Shown here piece by piece: positions 1 through 11,769 of a stretch of 64,000 nucleotides of DNA. Position 1 is the stretch's first letter. Each line of letters starts with the position of its first letter. This DNA is from Eledone cirrhosa (lineage: Eukaryota), in assembly GCA_964016885.1 (NCBI GenBank), contig OZ024745.1, forward strand, positions 73,594,001 to 73,658,000. The letters run 5' to 3'. A program made the position numbers and the translations under genes. The notes under the pieces are model-generated. The model saw nothing but the letters and a program-made list of their open reading frames with translations, was not told where the DNA came from and ran no database searches.

Positions 1-596
1 TACATTTGCCCTCTGAAAATATTCACATCTAATTTGAATTTCAGATTTTCTTCCAAGTATTTTCTTTATAGATATATGCAATTTCGACTGTGCACTGCTT
101 TCCCTAAGAATTTGAATTTTGTTTTAACAAGCACAAATATTTTGTCGATAGTTGTAAATGTCTCGAATGCAGTACCATTTTGATTTTTGTTTTACACTTT
201 TTGAAATATGTCACTGAACCTGCTTATTCCATGCTTTTACTCATTTCAGTCTTTCAACTGAAGCAAAGCTGGGACATCGCATTGAAGAGCTTTAGTCGAT
301 CATATTGATCCTAGTGCTTATTTCAATCTTGTATAATACTTGTTTCATAAAAGGGTGTAACTTGACACAAGGCTTTACTTTGGCTTACGCCAATGCATAC
401 TGGCATATACATATATACACACATACATAAATACATACACACACACACACATATATATATATGCATATATATACATATATATATACACACATACCTATAT
501 TTACATATGCATATCCATACATATATATATGTATATATACATATACATACACACACATATATATATACATATATATATATACATATATATATATAT

Positions 597-1087
<491 letters not shown>

Positions 1088-1114
1088 TATATGTGTGTAT
1101 ATATATATATATAT

Positions 1115-1609
1115 ATGGTGGCTGCCAACTCGTTTTCGAGTATGGCCACTACTTTATATCCATGTAGGAGAACTCCTACCGATGCGCTGAATGAGTGTGA
1201 CTTTTTAGTCCAGCCAGCGACTTGAAAACTCTGGTACAAACACTACACCTGTGACAACTTTTGACACATAGTGCTGGGCCCATGGTACCATGTGACGACA
1301 AGTGCAGAGAGATCTCCGGATATAAAGCAATGCCTGTGGCGTGAAGCTTTTATAGTGAGCAAAGGCACTGCACAAAGCCAGTCCCACTCTCTTAACCAAG
1401 ATGATATTTACTAAAAAGAAGAACAAGTTAACATCATTGGTTACCATCAGGGTTGCAGGTGTTATATCAGAGTTTTCCTTCTCCTAGAATTCTGCTTTGA
1501 CAAAGGCTAAGGGGTCATCTCTCCCGGTGATTTTGGATGGCCATTGACTCTTAAGAGCTCCGTTGCCCTTAGACAGGTTTTGTTTTTAGTCCTGCAGGAT
1601 GTCCAAAGT

Positions 1610-1611
<2 letters not shown>
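1115..1611 (-). mobile_element. Non-autonomous dispersed repeat, probably derived from an RTE-clade LINE 5' region
   Basis: Near-identical to 60326-60815 and flanked by (TA)n on both sides. Contains the minus-strand motif CTAGGAGAAGGAAAACTC, which I recall from RTE 5' UTRs. Confidence 0.6.
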
Positions 1612-1694
<83 letters not shown>

Positions 1695-1737
1695 ATATAT
1701 ATACATATATACATACACACACATACACACATATGTG

Positions 1738-1834
<97 letters not shown>

Positions 1835-1969
1835 GTATTATTAGAAAGTGAGGTTTTTTTACAAACTGAAAAAAAACGAAGTGTCCCACACGAGTGAAAG
1901 TAAAGGAAAAAGGATGAAATCGAAAATGCAAGTGGAGCCTTTTTTTAATAAAAATATATATTTATTTGC

Positions 1970-2013
1970 TTCCTTTACCGGTTTCGCAGTTCTTCTGCTT
2001 TTCAAAAGTAGAA
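1970..2013 (-). ncRNA. Minimal type I hammerhead ribozyme, U3-A8 variant
   Basis: Minus strand reads TTCTACTT-TTGAAAA-GCAG aagaa CTGC-GAAA-CCGG-TA^AAGGAA. Confidence 0.7.
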
Positions 2014-2058
2014 TTGAGATGGAGGGTTTGAGAAAAACCACAGACCCTCCAATCTCAA

Positions 2059-2102
2059 TTCTACTTTTGAAAAGCAGAAGAACTGCGAAACCGGTAAAGG
2101 AA
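2059..2102 (+). ncRNA. Minimal type I hammerhead ribozyme, U3-A8 variant
   Basis: Stem I CTT/AAG (extended by TTC/GAA), core TTGAAAA at 2067-2073, stem II GCAG/CTGC, GAAA, palindromic stem III ACCGGT, GUA cleavage triplet, AATAAA downstream. Confidence 0.72.
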
Positions 2103-2167
2103 CTGAATAAATATATATTCTTATAAAAAAAGGCTCCAGTTGCATTTTCGATTTCATCTTTTTTCCT

Positions 2168-2204
<37 letters not shown>

Positions 2205-2304
2205 AAATATATTACACAAATAGAAGTGTGTTACACAGTGAAATGTGTGTAAAGAATTATTACAAGTGATCTTAATTCTGATTCTAGTATGTATATATAT
2301 ATAT

Positions 2305-5029
2305 ATATTAGAAAGATCGAGTATCGAAAAATCGGCGCACGAGTTAACGAAAAACGAAATCCGATATGAGCGGCAGAGGGCTCAATAATTCAGATGAATC
2401 AGAGCTATAACTATCGTTAAAATACCGTCACATATAGAACAAGTCTACAATCAACCATACGATTTAAAATCGATAAAGGAAGATTCGGGCCAAACAGATA
2501 AAAAATATCAATAAAACAATACGTCAATAATTTAAATGAATGTAAAATCATACCCGGACCCACTAGAAAGGTGTTAAATCTAGCTTCATGGGTTTCTGTA
2601 AATCCTTAGACAGTACTCTATCAGCTCACATATAAATATAAAAGCCTACTAGAATAAGTGGAATGGAATTTACGTTGTCAACGAGTTTTATCCTGGCGGC
2701 AAAGGAGTCAACTAGCGGTGAAAAACGCACATGGCATTAGACAAGGGAGATGACCCCTATATCCGCGAAAATAATTCGAGTGAATGTGGAAATACACATA
2801 TCGAATTAGAGTGCTCAATAGACATGTTAAAATAAAACAAAAGCTATTCATCACTCAATAGAATCGACAAAATATGAGCAATAAAATTAACTGGTGGATA
2901 GCTATGTCCAGAGCTAAATATATTAGAAAGATCGAGTATCGAAAAATCGGCGCACGAGTTAACGAAAAACGAAATCCGATATGAGCGGCAGAGGGCTCAA
3001 TAATTCAGATGAATCAGAGCTATAACTATCGTTAAAATACCGTCACATATAGAACAAGTCTACAATCAACCATACGATTTAAAATCGATAAAGGAAGATT
3101 CGGGCCAAACAGATAAAAAATATCAATAAAACAATACGTCAATAATTTAAATGAATGTAAAATCATACCCGGACCCACTAGAAAGGTGTAAAATCTAGCT
3201 TCATGGGTTTCTGTAAATCCTTAGACAGTACTCTATCAGCTCACATATAAATATAAAAGCCTACTAGAATAAGTGGAATGGAATTTACGTTGTCAACGAG
3301 TTTTATCCTGGCGGCAAAGGAGTCAACTAGCGGTGAAAAACGCACATGGCATTAGACAAGGGAGATGACCCCTATATCCGCGAAAATAATTCGAGTGAAT
3401 GTGGAAATACACATATCGAATTAGAGTGCTCAATAGACATGTTAAAATAAAACAAAAGCTATTCATCACTCAATAGAATCGACAAAATATGAGCAATAAA
3501 ATTAACTGGTGGATAGCTATGTCCAGAGCTAAATATATTAGAAAGATCGAGTATCGAAAAATCGGCGCACGAGTTAACGAAAAACGAAATCCGATATGAG
3601 CGGCAGAGGGCTCAATAATTCAGATGAATCAGAGCTATAACTATCGTTAAAATACCGTCACATATAGAACAAGTCTACAATCAACCATACGATTTAAAAT
3701 CGATAAAGGAAGATTCGGGCCAAACAGATAAAAAATATCAATAAAACAATACGTCAATAATTTAAATGAATGTAAAATCATACCCGGACCCACTAGAAAG
3801 GTGTAGAATCTAGCTTCATGGGTTTCTGTAAATCCTTAGACAGTACTCTATCAGCTCACATATAAATATAAAAGCCTACTAGAATAAGTGGAATGGAATT
3901 TACGTTGTCAACGAGTTTTATCCTGGCGGCAAAGGAGTCAACTAGCGGTGAAAAACGCACATGGCATTAGACAAGGGAGATGACCCCTATATCCGCGAAA
4001 ATAATTCGAGTGAATGTGGAAATACACATATCGAATTAGAGTGCTCAATAGACATGTTAAAATAAAACAAAAGCTATTCATCACTCAATAGAATCGACAA
4101 AATATGAGCAATAAAATTAACTGGTGGATAGCTATGTCCAGAGCTAAATATATTAGAAAGATCGAGTATCGAAAAATCGGCGCACGAGTTAACGAAAAAC
4201 GAAATCCGATATGAGCGGCAGAGGGCTCAATAATTCAGATGAATCAGAGCTATAACTATCGTTAAAATACCGTCACATATAGAACAAGTCTACAATCAAC
4301 CATACGATTTAAAATCGATAAAGGAAGATTCGGGCCAAACAGATAAAAAATATCAATAAAACAATACGTCAATAATTTAAATGAATGTAAAATCATACCC
4401 GGACCCACTAGAAAGGTGTAAAATCTAGCTTCATGGGTTTCTGTAAATCCTTAGACAGTACTCTATCAGCTCACATATAAATATAAAAGCCTACTAGAAT
4501 AAGTGGAATGGAATTTACGTTGTCAACGAGTTTTATCCTGGCGGCAAAGGAGTCAACTAGCGGTGAAAAACGCACATGGCATTAGACAAGGGAGATGACC
4601 CCTATATCCGCGAAAATAATTCGAGTGAATGTGGAAATACACATATCGAATTAGAGTGCTCAATAGACATGTTAAAATAAAACAAAAGCTATTCATCACT
4701 CAATAGAATCGACAAAATATGAGCAATAAAATTAACTGGTGGATAGCTATGTCCAGAGCTAAATATATTAGAAAGATCGAGTATCGAAAAATCGGCGCAC
4801 GAGTTAACGAAAAACGAAATCCGATATGAGCGGCAGAGGGCTCAATAATTCAGATGAATCAGAGCTATAACTATCGTTAAAATACCGTCACATATAGAAC
4901 AAGTCTACAATCAACCATACGATTTAAAATCGATAAAGGAAGATTCGGGCCAAACAGATAAAAAATATCAATAAAACAATACGTCAATAATTTAAATGAA
5001 TGTAAAATCATACCCGGACCCACTAGAAA
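2305..5029. repeat. 615-bp tandem array, ~4.4 near-identical copies
   Basis: GAAAGATCGAG recurs at 2311, 2926, 3541, 4156 and 4771. The only differences I noticed are at GGTGT(TA/AA/AG/AA)AATC. Both ends abut TA-rich repeats. Confidence 0.97.
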
Positions 5030-5867
5030 ATATATATATATGTGTGTGTGTGTAGACATTCAAATGTTAGTTACAAACGATAGAAAATAATAGTACTCCG
5101 TGCATGGCATAGAGTATATTATTTGTTTTACCTGAGTCATTTTTCTCACAACTATTATGGCACTACAATTACCAGGTGAACTAGTTAGTTTTGAATATAT
5201 TGTATTGGGTTCATTCGTTTATAGATTACTATTGTTTTCATTAGCCGGATTATAATAAGTTATTATTTGAAAGAGTTGTTCAAGGTTAACGCCGTTTCAT
5301 TTGCTTATTGTTTGGTTTCTTTATTTTCAATGATCAACTTCACTATTTCACCGATAATTTAAAAGTTGCTGTCATGCGACGCTCCATCATCCTGTGGCCG
5401 TTATGTATTAGTTGCTCTTGGTGTTGCAGAAATTTGATCTATGACATTCCTGCCATGGCAATCCTATTTTATTCAAATATAGTATATTAAGAATCACATT
5501 ACTCAATCGGTCCTTGCATTTTTCCAGGGTGTCGGCTGTGATTTAAAAGAGAATTGACAACTTATTTCTGCTAGATCAAGGGTTCAAATTGAGAACTCCC
5601 TAAATGACTTCACTGTACTAATATATATTAATATACTCTATGTCCTAGAAATGTGTGACTCTACACCAATAATAGAAATCAATAATGTCTAGATAGCTAC
5701 AATAAGATGATGGCTAATTAGTAACCAATTATAGCTATTTTCATCGTTGTTAATTGGTGCTGATAAAGTCCTTTCATAACGTCTGCTATTTCGATGATAG
5801 ACACACACACACATACACATATATATATGCATATATATGTACACACACAGACACACACACACACACA

Positions 5868-5995
<128 letters not shown>

Positions 5996-6329
5996 GCCGA
6001 ATGCCTGGAACAGGTAGAAGAGTAAGAGAGTATATATAAATTTATATATATATATATAAATATATGTAATGAAAGACCGATAACTTTCAAAAAGCCGGCA
6101 CAATGTGGTAGAAAAATACAAAGAACAAATGATGACGAATAAAACAAATAGAAGTAATGTTTTACCCCGTGTATTTCAACATTTCAAGGATATTACCTTC
6201 TATTTAAATCTGGATCTGAAACAGTTTAAAACAAAATTATCGATCGATGTATTTTTCCTTATCTGGCCTGAAATACCCAGGAGTAAAATCGTTATAGTAA
6301 CCAGTCAGTCTCGTACATTTCCAATCAAT

Positions 6330-6535
6330 TATTTATGTGTTTTCTTGGATGGCCTCTCGGATTCTTAAATTGCCTATATTTCTTTCCGTCGCCTCTATGG
6401 TAACCTTAATGTTTTGGCTGCAGGATCTGTAAAGATGATTTTTAACAGAAGCTCTCGCTGTCATGTACTCCTTGATACGCATATGCAGCATCTGGACGTT
6501 ACTTACGATATACGAGGAGCTACATTTTTTTTACA
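6330..6535 (-). mobile_element. Degenerate PLE GIY-YIG endonuclease fragment
   Basis: Manual translation: KCSSSYIVSNVQMLHMRIKEYMTARASVKNHLYRSCSQNIKVTIEATERNIGNLRIREAI. This fits the C..SYIG.T...L..R+KEH...LRI.EA pattern of PLE endonucleases. Confidence 0.65.
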
Positions 6536-6694
6536 TGTGACTTTATAGACCACATGCATACTTCTGCGTTTTGATTAGACAATTAGGAAGTGTGCACATA
6601 TCGTTGTATGTGTGTTGGTGTCTTTTATTACATATCTCACAATGATTCTGATTAACTACACTACTATATATATATGTATATACATACATACATT

Positions 6695-6754
<60 letters not shown>

Positions 6755-7462
6755 AATGAAAGGTATAGAAAATATTGTAGCAAAAAGCCAACAGTATTCC
6801 ATAATATATAAGTGACTATAGCGTCAAAATGGGAAAAATAGTTAACGTAAGATGCGGGAAAAATAACTCAAACTCAACTCAAAAAGAATCAGGATATAGA
6901 TTCATCCTACAGAATTTAGTGAAATCCAGGAAGAATCAATAGTGCCTTTACTCATGATAAAATAAAGTTTAAAATACTCATCCTTCAATTTGGGACAACT
7001 ACAAATGCTCTGTATAGTTTTGAAGACTATTTCACGAAAACTTTCAGTGGATATGGTCACGGTTGTGATTCGATCCTCAGCAGAGCTCAACTCGATAACC
7101 AAAACTTCTCACTGGTTAATATGCCAAAAAGAGATTTTAAAACAGGCTAGTTCACCATCATGCGTGATTATGAAAAATAAAACGCACATATGGAAAGAGA
7201 GGGCTGGTGACGTCAGAATGAGACGAATGTTTGTTTACAAGAAACAACAGTAAAAAAACATTCCGAAAAAAAAAAAATATATATAGTTGTTATATAGTAA
7301 GGTGCATATATATATATATATAGTTGTTATATAGTAAGGTGCATTATTGGTTGTGTAAAAAGGTCCAATAAATTTATGTTAGCAATATTAAGTTCTCCAC
7401 GCTTTTGTATATCTCCAATTCCATTCTAGGGAACAGCTAGATGATGTAAAACGGAGTATAAG

Positions 7463-8319
7463 TATCAAAATGAAAATCCGAAGGCAAAGTAAAATTCCAA
7501 TCATTTAATCACGACACATGTTTCAATAAGAGATAGATCGATTGCGAAGCCATGAAGATATGGATGTTACAATTCAATCTATACACGTATAGCAGAACAC
7601 TGAACTGAACTTACTTGCTTGCTTGTGTGTGCGTGTGTGTGTGTGTGTGCGTGTGCGTGTGCGTGTGTGTGTGTGTATGGGGCGTTGGATAACCCAATAT
7701 TTCCAATTTACATCGTCAAATTGAGATTTGACCAATGTAGCATCTGTTGTTTTGTGAACTAACTTTCGGTGAATGATGTGTTGGTACATTCTTATATTTG
7801 TTTCCTTATATTTGTTTTTTTCTCTGACATCGCTTCGGCGTGTGTGAGAGTGTGTGTGTACCAACCCACACTATCTGTGACCTTCTATAATTCTACAAGT
7901 TTGATACTGTGTTGATGTGTGTATATATATGTATATATTTTTCTTTGACCTCGAGCCGGTGTATGTGGGTGTGGAGTGTGTGTGTACCCACTCACATTCA
8001 CTGTGACCGACTGTATCCCTACAGATTTGATTGATGTCCAGCGTCTTTTGCAGCAATAGAAATCTGACAACTTTTATGCCTCAACTGAAGTTAATAGCAG
8101 TCGCCGTGTCTTTGACTGGTGTGTCTTCATATGAGGGAATGAATTCTGTGAGAGAACATCGTTATTTTTCTCCCTCACATCAAGAATTTGAAGACAATTC
8201 ATTTTCACCTGATGAGATCAGTGATAATCGATCATGGCTTCACAATCGATCTATCTCTTATTGAAACATGAGTGGTGATTAAATTATTGGAATTTTACCT
8301 AGCCTTCGGATTTTCATTT

Positions 8320-8324
<5 letters not shown>
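7463..8324. mobile_element. Segment bounded by ~92-bp inverted repeats (7463-7554 / 8232-8324) made of an HHR 3' half plus tail
   Basis: TATCAAAATGAAAATCCGAAGGC...TGTTTCAATAAGAGATAGATCGATTGCGAAGCCATGA matches the reverse complement of 8232-8324. The right end abuts (TA)n. Confidence 0.75.
8205..8278 (+). ncRNA. Type I hammerhead with long stem II; cleavage site mutated in this copy
   Basis: TCAC-CTGATGA-[GATCAGTGATAATCGAT...ATCGATCTATCTCTTATT]-GAAA-CATGAG-TG-GTGA. The inverted copy near 7509-7524 keeps GAAA-CATGTG-TC-GTGA. Confidence 0.65.
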
Positions 8325-8373
<49 letters not shown>

Positions 8374-8413
8374 ACAAGGATAATTTGTTAAGCTCTCATT
8401 ACGTTTATTGATT

Positions 8414-8498
8414 GCTGACGCGCGTTTCGCTATCGATCAGTTCAAGGTTCGATCTGTATCGATCTGGCCCGACTCTAGAATCAAAAGCTCGTCGGACC
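8414..8498 (-). ncRNA. Hammerhead-like motif with long stem II (core CCGACGA)
   Basis: Minus strand reads GGT-CCGACGA-GCTTTTGAT...ATCGATAGC-GAAA-CGCGCG-TC-AGC...AATAAA. Stem III is palindromic. The element lies between (TA)n and (CA)n. Confidence 0.6.
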
Positions 8499-8515
8499 TC
8501 TGCTGTTGTAATGAA

Positions 8516-8565
<50 letters not shown>

Positions 8566-9080
8566 GAATGGAAAAAATGTAACGAAATTTCATTTCTCAC
8601 TCTTAATACGGCTGTTACTTAAATATAAGTATGTATACGTACATACATATATGTATACAGACGTACAGTAGTATGTATATATATATACATACATGCACAC
8701 ATATATATATATGTACCTATGTATTTACCGAACATTTATTATAATGCTCGGTTTGTTTGTAAACAAACATCCCGAATTAAGCCGTACAGTGTTTAGCAAC
8801 CATCGTTGCCCTTTTGTTCAACACTGACAAAGGAACGATGTACTAGTTTCAAGCTTATTAGCTATCGTGAGCACCGTATACCTCCCTGCCAGATGATTCA
8901 ACGTCTGAAAGTATATACTTTCCTTATGAATATTAACGGCTGAGCAGCCTAATTTGCATATCGAGTGAGTTAATCGGCCGGGCGCACCGAAAACGATAAA
9001 TGGAAAAAATGAAACGAAATTTCATTTCTCACTTAATATGCATAAGTATAGTATATACTTTCAGACGTTCAATCATCTGG

Positions 9081-9123
<43 letters not shown>

Positions 9124-9225
9124 TCGACCACCTGTGACCCTTTGGGTAACGTTTACTTAAAAATAATTTTTTAATAATTAAAATATACTCAGACCTGTAT
9201 ATAATGTAAAATGAAATTGGAAGGC

Positions 9226-9289
<64 letters not shown>

Positions 9290-9412
9290 ATGTGCGTGTG
9301 TGTATGTGTGTGTGTGTCTGTGTGTATGAGTATCTGTGTATGTGTGTGTGTATATATGTGTGTGTATATATATATATGTGGGTGTCTGTGACCTATATAC
9401 ACTGGTCACAGA

Positions 9413-9467
<55 letters not shown>

Positions 9468-9994
9468 ACTTAGAAACTCTTCCCATTTAGCAGGAAATAT
9501 TTGCTACACACATCCTGTCCTCACACAAGTTATATGATACATATAACTTAATATTCAGTCACCAAATTTTATTTAGATACAGTAATGCTGTATTCGATTC
9601 TTTGAAGTCACCTGTTATAATTTCATTCAACAACACCTGCAGCTCATTCTCTCCATTTTCCTTCTTTGTCTCCTTCTCTCCCTCTCTTTATGTCTCTATT
9701 TCAATCTACTCTCGCACAACCACTATCTCTTTCTCTCTATCCTTTTTCTCTCTCTATTTACGAAGGTACTCGGAAAAACTCCGAACTCATGCTCCGATTT
9801 ACGCAAAACTTGCTTTATTCCATTTGTATTCCCATTTCAGGGCCAACTTTCTTTCAAAGTATTTTCCCATTGTGCGCCGTTTTGGCTGTATTAAATTACA
9901 GACAAGCACACAATCTCATAGTTTTAGTAATATATGGATGGAGTGTAACAGAATTGAGTGCTTTATGTGACGAACCGCCGGCGGTAAAACAACA

Positions 9995-10105
9995 AACCCT
10001 CCATCTCAATTTTACTTTTGAAAAGAACTGTGAAACCGGTAAAGGAAATAAATAAATAAATATTCTTAAAACGACTCCAGTTGCATTTTCGATTTCTTTT
10101 CCTTA
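9995..10105 (+). mobile_element. Single-arm copy of the U3-A8 HHR/PLE-tail family with a stem II deletion
   Basis: ACCCTCCATCTCAATTTTACTTTTGAAAAGAACTGTGAAACCGGTAAAGG...CAGTTGCATTTTCGATTTC followed by (TA)n. Matches 2044-2170. Confidence 0.75.
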
Positions 10106-11160
10106 TATATATATATATATATATATATATGCATGTATGTATGTGTGTGTGTGTGTGTGTACATATGTATATCTGTCTAACTTTCTCTTTCTCTCTCTCT
10201 ACATATATGCATACATGCATACATACATACATATATATATATATCTCTTTGAGTACTATTTACTGGTATTTCGTTGTACACTTATTTTTAGCTAACTATA
10301 GTAATACTTTTTTTAAAATATTGTTTCTTAGGTCTCGCAAAGCTTACACTGTGTATTTCTGTTTTTGGTCAGTTTGTGTTCTCTTTATGAGTGTAAGTTT
10401 ACTTTGAAGAATGCCTTAATAACTTGTATTTACTTATTCCTCTGTGATGTAATTTTACGTTATTTGTTCTAACACAATAGCTTGCTGTAGGCTCTATTTT
10501 GTATTATAATGTTTATTCGTATCACCCACTATTTAATGTAGAGACGCATGTATCTTTATTACGTATCAACTCTTGCTTACATAACCTGTTTAGTCACATT
10601 AAAGAGAAGTATAAATTCCGTCTAAAATATATTTCTAAAACTTTTGAGAATCTCTCAGCTCTTTATTTGTTCTTTGTTTTATACCTATGGTTTTCTATTC
10701 TATTTTCTATCAATCAGTCATTTTTGTGTTATTCTCCCGTCACTGTGGTTTGCTGTAGGCTATTGCGGTGTAGTTCTCATTGTTATCCCATTTAAAAGGC
10801 TTGTTTATTATTTAAAAGCAAAAGCAAAACAAAATAAAATAAAAACCTGCTTCAGTAATATCAATGAAGGAAAGTTATCCTCATTTTCTTGCGGTTCACA
10901 TTCAGGTCACATAGTTACATATTTAAATTCCCTTGTCAATTGTATATTTTTGTTTTTGTTTTTCTCATCTGAAGGGGAACGTTCAAAACTTTGGAGAAGC
11001 ACATAGAGGACTTTGGAGAACCACGCAGAGGAAGTAGACAACACTATTGGTAAAAGATACTTCTCAGATACCAGACGATTTATTGAGAATGAGATGACGA
11101 ATGATTATAATTATGATAATTAATATTATCTATTATTATTATTATTATTATTATTATTAT

Positions 11161-11760
11161 GAGGGCGGTGGATTGGCAGTATCGGTAGAGGGTCGGACGC
11201 CATGCTTTCCAGCATAGTTACGTCCCTTTACGATCTGAGTTCAAATCCCGCCGAGGTTGACTTTGCCTTTCATCCTTACGGGGTTGATAAAATAAAGTAC
11301 CAGTAATGCACTGGATAATTGCTGGCCTTGTGCCTAAAGTAGAAACAATTATTATTATTATTATTATGAGGGCGGTGGATTGGCAGTATCGGTAGAGGGT
11401 CGGACGCCATGCTTTGCAGCAAAGAGTTACGGCCCTTTATAGTCTGACTGAGTTCAAATCCCGCCGAGGTTAACTTTGCCTTTCATCCTTACGGGGTCGA
11501 TAAAATAAAGTACCAGTAATCCACTGGATATTTGCTGGCCTTGTGCCAAAAGTAGAAATAATAATAATTATTATGATTGGCAGTATCGGTAGAGGGTCGG
11601 ACGTCATGCTTTGACGCATAGAGTTACGGCCCTTTCCATTCTGAGTTCAAATCCATCCCGCCGAGGTCAACTTTGCCTTTCATCCTTACGGGGTCGATAA
11701 AATAAAGTACCAGTAATGTACTGAGTAATTGCTGGCCTTGTGCCAAAAGTAGAAACAATT
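11161..11760 (+). mobile_element. Three tandem tRNA-derived SINEs with Nin/Deu-type core (~11161-11350, 11368-11560, 11576-11760)
   Basis: Box A-like TGGCAGTATCGG, box B GAGTTCAAATCC, core GCCTTTCATCCTTACGGGGTCGATAAA, tail GGCCTTGTGCC.AAAGTAGAAAC followed by (ATT)n. Confidence 0.9.
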
Positions 11761-11769
11761 ATTATTGTT

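Larger units (their letters stand above)
1841..2170. mobile_element. Fold-back PLE-type terminal element with ~125-bp inverted arms and one HHR per arm
   Basis: ~1903-2027 is the reverse complement of ~2044-2168, with a ~60-bp extension on the left. The same architecture recurs at 29793-30115. Both sides are microsatellite. Confidence 0.8.

Noticed and set aside
2340-2385. Twister-like GAGT-TAA...GAGG-GCTC in the 615-bp unit
   Set aside because: P2, P4 and the pseudoknot pairings cannot be formed.
6960-7150. Short open frames in unique-looking sequence
   Set aside because: No recognisable motif or convincing splice signals.
11161-11250. tRNA gene
   Set aside because: The box A and box B motifs belong to a SINE head, and there is no cloverleaf.
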